DNA of 64,000 nt from a virus (taxonomy: Duplodnaviria; Caudoviricetes): positions 160,001-224,000 of IMG/VR virus record IMGVR_UViG_2936514734_000001. One strand, 5' to 3'. This document shows, piece after piece, positions 20,566-28,936 of the stretch. Position 1 is the stretch's first letter, and each line of letters opens with the position of its first letter. The position numbers and the translations under genes were made by a program. Below the pieces are notes generated by a model. That model did not search any database. It was not told where the DNA came from and worked only from the letters and a program-made list of their open reading frames with translations.

Positions 20566-22203
20566 TCAGCCTGCAAAGCTATGAATAGTGAGCAATGCCT
20601 GTTGTTTTGTACTGTGTCGATCTACAAATTTATAAATAGAATAAAGACCAGGTGGTAATTGTAATGCACGCAATGCCTTATCTATATCTTGATGTATTGT
20701 GTACAATCTTTTTACTCCCTCTTCATCTATTCGTATCGCGCCTATTGTACCTGAGCTGTCTCTAACAACTACAAAGCCATTAGGATGTTTCGCATTTTTT
20801 GTAAGTAATTCCTTACTGAAATCTATAGAAGTTCTTTCGAAACTGTATAAATCATTATCAATGAAAGTTGAAGCTGAACTTGAGTCTTCTTCACTTTGTC
20901 CTTCTAACAGTTTAGAAGTCGTAAGGAATTTCTCCACAACCGCTTTAGGATCTAACGATCTATCTTGTTTAATAAAATCAACTACAGCACTAAATACTGT
21001 ATTCTCCTGCATTTCAAGTTTTTCTAATGGTTTCTCTAAAGATTCCACTAGTTTCTTACAGATTTCAATTTCTTCTACTAACTCTTCCGGTATTAATTGT
21101 TTAAAATCTTCATGTGATGCTTTTACAAAGATATTATTATTAATAATGTAAGGATTAGCTCCATCTAGACTACGAGGTGATTCATTATCATAATCAGTGT
21201 ATTGACCTACTCCTAAATACTTAAGTTCCTCAGTATCAGCGGGCAAAGTATCTGAAATGATAATTGGCTTAGCTACATAACTCGCATCATCACTCATATC
21301 ATGTGAAGAATAGATATGGACAGAAGAACCTAAGAAAAGCAGATCCTCAAATGATGGCTCTTTAACAAACACATCTCTATTGTGTTCTACACAAAGATTG
21401 CGTAAAGCTTCATCTTCTATAAGTGAAACGGGAACAATCATCTTAGAAAGCAACTCTTTAAGAATAGAAACTCCAAACTTCATATGTTCTTCACGTAGTG
21501 ATTCTTTTAGTCGTTCATTAAAAGCATCAACCGCATCATTTAAAGTGCTGTAGTCATCAGATAAATCTTGGATATACCTTTTCTCTGATTTAACTACCTG
21601 ATAAATATTTGAGAAATATGTGCTACCTGCACTTAGTCCAAATAAGCGTCCTCTACTATCATGTGGAAGACAGAAATCCCCACTTAAAGGAATCTTATTT
21701 CTCACGAGAATCAAGTTATCATCTTCATCTTTTGTGCATAGGCTCCTAATACGGTCATAATAGTAATTAGAACGAAACTTACGCCAAAAACCTGAGTTGT
21801 AACTTTGCAAAAATGAATCTCTAAAGCGAGCCATATTCTTATACTTTTCAAACTTCTCAATCATAGCTGCTGTCTCTTCGTCAATTACTAATTTAAAGAC
21901 ATCAGAATGATTATCGTTACTTACTAATTCTTCGTGAGTAATCTCATAGTATTGATTTAGCTCCTTAAGGATTTCATTAGTAACTTCAAAGAATAGCTGC
22001 TTAGATTGTTCAAGATTATTAGAAGGAACATTCTCCATCTTTTCTTGCAGGATATTAATAATTTCTGTAAAGCGTTCCTCGGGCATACTATTCTTTAGAC
22101 TATGTAAAAGATTAAAAACCCCACGTCTATATTCAACTTCTGTAGTCATAAGCTCATTTGACATGTAAACTCTCCTTTCTTTATTAGATGTAATCGACAT
22201 CAA
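20566..22203 (-). CDS. large hypothetical protein in the Ubl operon (start probably MSNEL)
   Basis: 545-aa ORF, co-oriented, AAAGGAG RBS before the internal Met. Confidence 0.75.
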   Translation of the reverse strand: MMSITSNKERRVYMSNELMTTEVEYRRGVFNLLHSLKNSMPEERFTEIINILQEKMENVPSNNLEQSKQLFFEVTNEILKELNQYYEITHEELVSNDNHSDVFKLVIDEETAAMIEKFEKYKNMARFRDSFLQSYNSGFWRKFRSNYYYDRIRSLCTKDEDDNLILVRNKIPLSGDFCLPHDSRGRLFGLSAGSTYFSNIYQVVKSEKRYIQDLSDDYSTLNDAVDAFNERLKESLREEHMKFGVSILKELLSKMIVPVSLIEDEALRNLCVEHNRDVFVKEPSFEDLLFLGSSVHIYSSHDMSDDASYVAKPIIISDTLPADTEELKYLGVGQYTDYDNESPRSLDGANPYIINNNIFVKASHEDFKQLIPEELVEEIEICKKLVESLEKPLEKLEMQENTVFSAVVDFIKQDRSLDPKAVVEKFLTTSKLLEGQSEEDSSSASTFIDNDLYSFERTSIDFSKELLTKNAKHPNGFVVVRDSSGTIGAIRIDEEGVKRLYTIHQDIDKALRALQLPPGLYSIYKFVDRHSTKQQALLTIHSFAG

Positions 22204-22534
22204 AAGAGAAAACGTTTGGTAGTCGATCTAAACCAACAAGGTATTTCTTATACTCTTGCAAGTACGTTTTCAATTGACGATCCATATTGTTAATAATGTT
22301 TGAGTTTTGATTTGTCATGTATTCATTAAATTCAAGAAAAGTCATTGGCTTTGTTAAGGTAGCAGAAGCTTCTGCAATTTCCGATGGCCAAAATTCAGTT
22401 TCTTGCACTTGTTCAAAACCATTTATAACTCTTAAAGTGAGCGGCGCTTGCTTTTCCATAAAGGAACCTCCGTATCTATTAAAATAAAACAAAATATGAG
22501 GGAAACCAGTTTTAAACACCAGTTTCCCTTTCAA
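22184..22534 (-). CDS. hypothetical protein (start probably MEKQAP)
   Basis: GGAGG RBS upstream of the internal ATG. Confidence 0.65.
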   Translation of the reverse strand: MKGKLVFKTGFPHILFYFNRYGGSFMEKQAPLTLRVINGFEQVQETEFWPSEIAEASATLTKPMTFLEFNEYMTNQNSNIINNMDRQLKTYLQEYKKYLVGLDRLPNVFSFDVDYI

Positions 22535-22628
22535 TAAAACATATTCTGTTAGAATCCACTAGAAATCAGTGGATGTGACCTTAAAAAGGTACTGACTATC
22601 TATTGGATTCTAGTATTTTCTATTAGAA

Positions 22629-23336
22629 TTAGTTGCCTTTAGTTCCTGCTTTAGCAGAGAAAGTAACTGTGTTTCCATTTTGAACAACGTTAGCATTTTC
22701 TAATTCCGGAAAGTTTTCTGCCATTGCTACTTTAAGTTGGTTAAGGTCTGTTGTTGCTGGCACGTTGATTTTTGTATCACCGTAAACCACTTCTAGTTGA
22801 TCTGCACCTTTTGTACCTGCTTTTGCGTTGAAGATAATTTGACCTTCATTTACTGTTACGTTAGCATTTTCTAATTCAGGGAAGTTCTCAGCCATTGCTA
22901 CTTTGATGTCCGCTAATTCAGTGCTTGCTGGTAAGTTAATTTTAGTATCTCCATAAACTACTTCTACAGTTTCCATTTCACCCGCTCCTTTAGTTCCTGC
23001 TTTTGCTTTAAATACGATTTCATTGTCGTTCACTTGTACATCAGCGTTTTCAAGCTCCGGGAAATTCTCAGCCATCGCTGCTTTGATGCTTGATAATTCA
23101 GTACCTACTGGTAAATCGATTTTAGTATCTCCGTAAATCACCTTTAAGTTTTCCATGTTTGTTGCCCCTTTCGTTCCTGCTTTCGCTGTGAATTCAATTA
23201 CATTACCGTTTACTGCTACATTTGCATTTTCAAGTTCTGGGAAGTTTTCAGCCATAGCTACCTTAATACTTTCTAAAGCTGTACCTTCTGGAAGATTGAT
23301 TTTTGTATCACCATAAATTACTTGTAATGTGTTCAT
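22629..23336 (-). CDS. polyubiquitin-like precursor: four tandem Prok_Ub (PRTRC protein C-like) domains
   Basis: Four ~57-60-aa repeats, each with YGDTKI, AMAENFPELENA and a C-terminal KAGTKG; ATG 23336 follows an AGAGGAG RBS. Confidence 0.88.
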   Translation of the reverse strand: MNTLQVIYGDTKINLPEGTALESIKVAMAENFPELENANVAVNGNVIEFTAKAGTKGATNMENLKVIYGDTKIDLPVGTELSSIKAAMAENFPELENADVQVNDNEIVFKAKAGTKGAGEMETVEVVYGDTKINLPASTELADIKVAMAENFPELENANVTVNEGQIIFNAKAGTKGADQLEVVYGDTKINVPATTDLNQLKVAMAENFPELENANVVQNGNTVTFSAKAGTKGN

Positions 23337-23513
23337 TTGAAATTCTCCTCTTATAGAAACCATTAGTTTTTTATTTTTCAATAGGGTTTCGTTAATTTTT
23401 TTTATTTTTTTTAGGGCATTGTGTATGCATATAGAAATCTAGGTTAATACCCTATAAAAACTTAGATTCCACTAGAAATTACTCAAAAAAAATAGACCTG
23501 CTTGATCAGCGGG

Positions 23514-23774
23514 TTATTCCCAACCAATCAATACAGGTCCTTTAAAGTCTACAATTCCAGAAACTAATTCTAGATGTGCTGTACCGCAATCTGGACAAAT
23601 AGAAAAGATACTTTCAAATTCTGTTTTTGTATGCGGCATTCCCGCTACATTTAAGAATTCTTCAATAAGCTCTAAATCATTATTACACATTGTGCAAGTA
23701 GATTGATTTGTAGCTCCTACTTGTCTAAGGTGTTTCGTGTAATCCATCGGTACCAATACCAGTTCGTAACTCAT
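23514..23774 (-). CDS. small zinc-ribbon protein
   Basis: CTMC...CPDC; GGAGG RBS. Confidence 0.7.
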   Translation of the reverse strand: MSYELVLVPMDYTKHLRQVGATNQSTCTMCNNDLELIEEFLNVAGMPHTKTEFESIFSICPDCGTAHLELVSGIVDFKGPVLIGWE

Positions 23775-24180
23775 TTAATTTTTCCTCCCAATGATAAAGC
23801 CCAGCTACAGCATTCTTATTTGTAACTGGCTTCAGCTCTACATATATAGAAACTACAGTTTTATCATTTCTTAGAGTGACAATATCATCACCAGTAACGT
23901 AATAGCCTTTAATTGATATGTAGAACTCTTTAAGCGTTTGTTCTAAGTTGTTTTGATTACAATAATTAACGTAATAGCTTTCTAGATTCTTATTAAAAGA
24001 TGTAATAGAACTTATGAATCGATTATAGTGTGATCTTCCATCAAATAAGCCTCTAGTAAATCGTAATTCATATACACCATTTGTATTAATTACTCTTTGT
24101 ATAAAATGGTCAATTGATGATTCGTTCATTACACTTTCAAAAACTTCAACTGCGTCGAGTTTCTTATCTAATTTTTGCAA
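23725..24180 (-). CDS. hypothetical protein
   Basis: 151-aa ORF with RBS. Confidence 0.65.
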   Translation of the reverse strand: MQKLDKKLDAVEVFESVMNESSIDHFIQRVINTNGVYELRFTRGLFDGRSHYNRFISSITSFNKNLESYYVNYCNQNNLEQTLKEFYISIKGYYVTGDDIVTLRNDKTVVSIYVELKPVTNKNAVAGLYHWEEKLNELRTGIGTDGLHETP

Positions 24181-24204
24181 CAGGATCCTCTCCCTTTATT
24201 ATGC

Positions 24205-24672
24205 TTAACTAGCTTCCTGGTACTCGACTTGTTCAGATTGTACTTTTTCTTGAGCTTTTAATCTTACTTGCTTTGCATACATTTCTTGTTGCTCTTGTTT
24301 TCTAACGTGTCGAGGAAGGAACATCCTTGCGCCATTAAGACCATACGCAATGCGGTTCCAATCTGTCAAGATGGTTGTTTTGAGCAATTTCGGATTTTGT
24401 AAAATAACATTGTATGCTTCTCTTAGGGTTAAGTCATCTAAATCAATCCCTTGTTCAGTTAAGAAATCGATTGTACTGCCCCGCTGTGTTAATAAGTCAT
24501 CTAAGCCATCTTCAGTAAGATGTAGTAGTGCTTGAAATTCTTTAAAAGTAAAGCGATCTCGCACAATGTGCTTGATTGTGGCATTAAGATTATACTTAGA
24601 TAGTTTTTCAGCCACTTTTTCTCCTTCGGATGTATTGATTGTGTAAATAGTTATAAATTGATTCTCCAACAA
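24205..24672 (-). CDS. Spx/MgsR (ArsC-family) regulator-like protein lacking CXXC
   Basis: ITIYT, LTEDGLDDLL, NPKLL and FLPRHVR align by eye with Spx VTLYT, MTEDGTDEII, PGLL and FLPRKVR. Confidence 0.75.
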   Translation of the reverse strand: MLENQFITIYTINTSEGEKVAEKLSKYNLNATIKHIVRDRFTFKEFQALLHLTEDGLDDLLTQRGSTIDFLTEQGIDLDDLTLREAYNVILQNPKLLKTTILTDWNRIAYGLNGARMFLPRHVRKQEQQEMYAKQVRLKAQEKVQSEQVEYQEAS

Positions 24673-25013
24673 TAATTCCTCCTGATGTTTTGCTTAGCGA
24701 CAACATAAGCACTTGGTTTGAAAAATGCTAGTAGTTTTATCAAAGAAACCACCACCTTTCAAAAATTTTTTTAGCAAAACATCAGTAAACCAAAAAAGGT
24801 GAGGGCGTTAGCCCTCAACCCTTATCTACGAAGTATCGTATTTCATGTATAATTCCCACCTTTCTGATAAATTACAATATCGACATTTTATATTTCATAA
24901 TTCGAGAAAAATTGTCGATATTTATCAATCTTTTACATATTTTTTGTAGATTTCAGCGAAAATGACAATTTTGTAATCAAAAAAAATAACCTTTTCAATT
25001 TAGAAAAAGGTTG

Positions 25014-25042
25014 TTGCAATAGTATTTTATCCCTTGTATGAT
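25014..25042 (+). promoter_or_regulatory. sigma-A-type promoter for rep with a ~310-nt leader
   Basis: TTGCAA-N17-TATGAT. Confidence 0.55.
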
Positions 25043-25123
25043 TAAAATAAGACAAAAAGATAGCGTATAAAAAATTTGTCAATAGGTTTTTAACATATAT
25101 AAATTTTTTTACGAAAAAAGTAC

Positions 25124-25243
25124 AAAAAAAATAGGCTATCGATGTTCGCTGCATCGTAGCCCGGATAAAAAACTAAAAAAACCAAGAACACATACAATTT
25201 CAGTTACCCACAAAAATTGTGATGTTTAAATAAGAATTTCGAT
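25124..25243 (-). ncRNA. putative counter-transcribed antisense RNA of the rep leader
   Basis: Minus-strand promoter at 25250-25278 and terminator hairpin 25134-25161 followed by a T-run. Confidence 0.5.
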
Positions 25244-25249
25244 GTACTA

Positions 25250-25278
25250 ATCTTATCATGACTTTTTTAAAAGTTCAA
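25250..25278 (-). promoter_or_regulatory. sigma-A promoter with extended -10, antisense to the rep leader
   Basis: TTGAAC-N17-TAAGAT with TGn immediately upstream of the -10. Confidence 0.55.
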
Positions 25279-25297
25279 TAGTACATATAGTTTTTCT

Positions 25298-26506
25298 TTG
25301 CCTTTTTTAGTCTTTTATCCTAGTAAACTACAAAAATACTATGGATTGGAGGCTTTTTTCATGTCAAAAAAGCTCATTAAACTTAGCGATATTATTAAAC
25401 AAGAATTCTACCAATTACCTAAACTAGTTGTTTGGAACCAGACATACCGTGAAGGATTAAGCGACGGTGCTAAATTGCTTTACATGATTATTCGTGACCG
25501 CTTTTCATTATCTGTTCATACTTCTGAACAAGAAATTAAACAAGGTAAACCATTAACATATGTAGATCAAGACGAAAACGTATTTTGTATTTTAGACAAT
25601 GGTGAAATCGAATTCACTTTAAATAAAACTAAGAAAACGGCTATTAAATGTATGCAAGAATTAGAAACCTTCGAATTAATTGAAACAAAAGAAGTTGAAG
25701 GTGGCGCAAACAGAATCTACTTGAAAGACTTAGATTCTAGTGGAATCTCTTTAGCAACATTTATTGGCGAGAAAGATTATTATAAGCATGTTCAATCTCG
25801 CAAGAAAAAAGGCAAAGATCCATCTAAGACTTTGGAGGAATTTATCGAAGCTGCTGAAAGACGATTACAAGGTAAAGATGAAAGTAATGAATCCGACAAG
25901 AGTTCAAAAAACAGGGGTGGAAATAATACACCCCCTAGGGATGGAAAAGATACACCCCCCGGGGAGGAAGAAAGTACACCTCTAGGGGATGGAGAAACTG
26001 CACCCCCAGGGGTGGAAAAACTACACCCTAATAAGAATGACTCTAACTCTAATAACTCTAAATCACCTGAAAGTAATGAGAATGAGTTTAATGAATCTTC
26101 TTCTAGTGATAAAGAGCCTAGCGGTTTAGAAGAAGAACAACCAATGATTATCACAGTTGATAATAACTATGCTTTATTGGAGTCTATTAAGCCAATTCAT
26201 GAAATATGCAAAACCCAAAAAGATATTAATGTCGTCAAAAAAGCCCTGATTGAAGCTAAAATAGAGGGTTTCTATAAGTGTGATGTACTTAATGCAATTG
26301 GTTCACATGCTAAGAACATGAATGCTTACAGAGCTAAAGGTGAAACTATCCGCTATGAGCCTGCATTCTTTGCTAATAATCTAGTTGACCGTATCATTTC
26401 TAATGCTGCAGAAAGACAAGCTAAGTCTGAAAAAGAAGCTAAAAAAGCAAAACAACAAACCTTAAATTCTGGACGTATACCCTTTTATAACTTTCTAGAA
26501 GAATAA
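25298..26506 (+). CDS. repA: RepA_N-family replication initiator (start probably ATG 25361)
   Basis: FYQLPK, LS..AKLLY...RDR..LS, VD..., EL....LIE and NRIYL winged-helix motifs; central iteron-encoded linker. Confidence 0.85.
   Translation: MPFLVFYPSKLQKYYGLEAFFMSKKLIKLSDIIKQEFYQLPKLVVWNQTYREGLSDGAKLLYMIIRDRFSLSVHTSEQEIKQGKPLTYVDQDENVFCILDNGEIEFTLNKTKKTAIKCMQELETFELIETKEVEGGANRIYLKDLDSSGISLATFIGEKDYYKHVQSRKKKGKDPSKTLEEFIEAAERRLQGKDESNESDKSSKNRGGNNTPPRDGKDTPPGEEESTPLGDGETAPPGVEKLHPNKNDSNSNNSKSPESNENEFNESSSSDKEPSGLEEEQPMIITVDNNYALLESIKPIHEICKTQKDINVVKKALIEAKIEGFYKCDVLNAIGSHAKNMNAYRAKGETIRYEPAFFANNLVDRIISNAAERQAKSEKEAKKAKQQTLNSGRIPFYNFLEE
25913..26030 (+). repeat. five ~24-bp quasi-palindromic direct repeats (Rep boxes/origin) inside repA
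   Basis: Units approximating GGGGTGGAAA..TACACCCC at 25913, 25937, 25961, 25985 and 26009. Confidence 0.8.
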
Positions 26507-26659
26507 GATTCTAGGGGAATCCACTAGAATACATTGTTTTGTAACAAAAAATCATATAATGTCGTAAAAATCTAGTACAATTTATTAGCAATGTATGGTA
26601 TATTGAGTGAGAACACATACAAATATTAATTGATTTAGAGAGAGGAGTTTCGATTTTTT

Positions 26660-27649
26660 ATGGCATTAAATTTGATTTTAGGTGTTGACGCTGGGCTTAA
26701 CTCAGTTAAAGTTGTAGGTCAAAAAGGTGAAACAAAATTCGCATCTGTTGTCACTAGAAAACCTGCACATGCTAAGACTTTCAAAGGCGTTTTAAGCTAT
26801 GAGGAAAAGAATAAACAAAACAGATTTGAATTAACAGTTGATAACAAAGAATATTACTTAGGTGAGCATGCGATCTTTGCTACTAAAAACAGCGGTGTAA
26901 GACGTGGTGGCGGTAGTGATGGTACTGGCTCTAAGAATAATACTAAAGCATTTATCCGCGCTCTAGGTGGAATCTGCTTATATATTGATCATTATGAAAG
27001 ATTCGATGATACAGAGATTAATGTATTTTTAACATATGGTACTCCTATAAACAGTGCAACAAATGATGATGAAATCGAAGAAATTGAAGAGCGCTTCAAA
27101 AACCAAGGACGTCCTATCGAGCTTACATATAACGGCGTTAAACTAAGTATTTCAATCAAGGACATTATTGTATTACCAGAAGGTGCAGCGGCATATTACG
27201 CCAAAGAGGATTATGAAGAAGAAGATGTATATATCCTTGATGCTGGATCACAAACTGTTAACCTTACACACTTAGAAGATGGAGCTCCTGTTCCAAATAG
27301 CTCTGACAACTTAACTGTAGGTGTTGAATTCTACAAAGAAACATACCCTGACAATACCGCTGAAGTATTGAGCGAGGATGCTATTGAGATGTTAAGTGAA
27401 GAGTTAAGATGGCCTAAAGGTTCGAAAATTCATGTGTGTGGTGGATATGCTAATCAATTAGCTTTGGCATTTAATGTAGTAGCTGATGGTAACTATACTG
27501 CAGAAGTATTAGTGCCAGAGATTCCTTTATCAGGAAGACGTGTTAAGACACTTGACCCTATTTATGCAAATGCAACAGGTCTTTTCTTCCTTGCTCTAGA
27601 AGCTTTCCAAGATTACATCAATGTTGCTAAGCCAAAGGTAAAAGGGTGA
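26660..27649 (+). CDS. parM: ParM/StbA-family actin-like segregation ATPase
   Basis: GVDAG..SVK phosphate-1, PEGAAA connect, LDAGSQT phosphate-2 and CGGYA adenosine motifs. Confidence 0.85.
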   Translation: MALNLILGVDAGLNSVKVVGQKGETKFASVVTRKPAHAKTFKGVLSYEEKNKQNRFELTVDNKEYYLGEHAIFATKNSGVRRGGGSDGTGSKNNTKAFIRALGGICLYIDHYERFDDTEINVFLTYGTPINSATNDDEIEEIEERFKNQGRPIELTYNGVKLSISIKDIIVLPEGAAAYYAKEDYEEEDVYILDAGSQTVNLTHLEDGAPVPNSSDNLTVGVEFYKETYPDNTAEVLSEDAIEMLSEELRWPKGSKIHVCGGYANQLALAFNVVADGNYTAEVLVPEIPLSGRRVKTLDPIYANATGLFFLALEAFQDYINVAKPKVKG

Positions 27650-27654
27650 TTTAA

Positions 27655-28215
27655 TTGGCTAATAACGAAAACAAATCCAAAGCTAAAAAGAAACCTTCAA
27701 ATCAACAGCATAAAACTGTTTACTTCAATACGCACAATGTAAATGATGTTCAGTTGTACAAATATGCTCAAAGTGTGGGTGTTAGAAACTTTAGCGGTTG
27801 GGTTAAAAGTCTAATTTATCAAGAGATGGTTAGACGAAATGGTGCTCCACCTAACCCATATGAATACGCATCACTTCCTGCTATGGAAGTTGAACAGCAA
27901 GAATCGGTAGAAATTCCTGTTAGATCGATACCAGCTAAAACACAAGGACAATCAATCAAGTTGAAGCCTAAACAGGAAACGGTACCTGAGCAACCTACGA
28001 AACCTGTTGTAGAAGAAACAGAAGTTATTGAAGAAAAACAACAAGTAAAAGAAGAAGAGCCTGCAGTGCAGGAAGTAAATAAAACCAATGAAACAAATGA
28101 GGAAGTAGTTGTAGAGGCTAGTTCTGAAGGGTCTAATGGTGATGAAATAGACATTAGTCGTACTAATCGTGCAGCTAAAGCAAGAAGCATGTTAGGTAAT
28201 AGAGCAAGAAGATAA
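27655..28215 (+). CDS. ParR-like centromere-binding adaptor
   Basis: Directly after parM; N-terminal RHH-like KTVYFN..D..LY..A...NFSGWVKSLI; acidic disordered linker and basic tail. Confidence 0.65.
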   Translation: MANNENKSKAKKKPSNQQHKTVYFNTHNVNDVQLYKYAQSVGVRNFSGWVKSLIYQEMVRRNGAPPNPYEYASLPAMEVEQQESVEIPVRSIPAKTQGQSIKLKPKQETVPEQPTKPVVEETEVIEEKQQVKEEEPAVQEVNKTNETNEEVVVEASSEGSNGDEIDISRTNRAAKARSMLGNRARR

Positions 28216-28220
28216 TTAGA

Positions 28221-28260
28221 AATAAGCCCCGTCAAATAATGACGGCGGCTTATTTTTTTT
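28221..28260 (+). terminator. intrinsic terminator after the par operon
   Basis: AATAAGCC-CCGTCA-loop-TGACGG-C-GGCTTATT followed by a T-run. Confidence 0.8.
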
Positions 28261-28298
28261 GTGAGAAATTACTAGTTTTTAATAGATTCCACTAGAAT

Positions 28299-28877
28299 CT
28301 AGGCTAATAACCTAAGATCCATTAAACCTGTTGCTTGGAAGTTCTTATTACTTTCCGTAGCGTATGACCTTATATGAGGGACTAAGTTAATACCTTCTTC
28401 AATGTTTTTTAATAAGATTTTTTTAAAAGTATCTAAGTCATTTGTAGAAGTTAATTCAATTATATTTAATATAAATTCAGCAGAAATAACTGGGCCTTCT
28501 ATATCTGGATGTTCTAATTGACTAAATAATTCTTCTGATATTTCAGGACGATACTTATACAAAATCATTTCATTGCCTTGTATGCTGTCGAATGGGATTT
28601 TTTTAGAAATAAGGTGGTTTTCAATATTAACTAAGCGTTCTTCATCCCATATATCATTATCCATGATGGAAAATACTCCATTGTCATCCCATATGTCCAT
28701 ATGTGTAACAGATTCAATAGCATCAATACAGTGTTTAACTAGGGCAGGATCATCCTTTGAGATACCTAAATTATTTGCTATTGCATCTACATTTATATTA
28801 ATAGACTGATCAGAAACAATATATCTAATACTTTCTATATCTAATAACAATGTTGGAACGTGAATAAAAGCGGACAT
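28299..28877 (-). CDS. hypothetical protein
   Basis: 192-aa ORF, AAAGGAG RBS. Confidence 0.7.
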   Translation of the reverse strand: MSAFIHVPTLLLDIESIRYIVSDQSININVDAIANNLGISKDDPALVKHCIDAIESVTHMDIWDDNGVFSIMDNDIWDEERLVNIENHLISKKIPFDSIQGNEMILYKYRPEISEELFSQLEHPDIEGPVISAEFILNIIELTSTNDLDTFKKILLKNIEEGINLVPHIRSYATESNKNFQATGLMDLRLLA

Positions 28878-28936
28878 TTAAAAACTCCTTTCTAAAAATA
28901 GGGGAGGGGTAGAAAAGTTACACCCCCCTAAATTAT

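Noticed and set aside
20699-21151. Antisense or nested ORFs (also 649, 1055, 3935, 4481, 8734, 14390, 25792, 27819, 29133, 42412-42841, 46326-48244, 56632, 60245, 60486 and similar)
   Set aside because: They are shadow frames inside longer, motif-bearing genes on the opposite strand or in another frame.
25054-25082. Minus-strand TTGACA promoter
   Set aside because: There is no acceptable -10 hexamer at 16-18-bp spacing.
24933-25154. 73-aa ORF
   Set aside because: It lies in the AT-rich promoter region, is F/K-biased from A/T runs and has no RBS.
28906-28928. Orphan Rep-box-like sequence GGGGTAGAAAAGTTACACCCCCC
   Set aside because: It resembles the repA iterons but is a single copy that also fits a minus-strand terminator hairpin; not separable from chance by eye.
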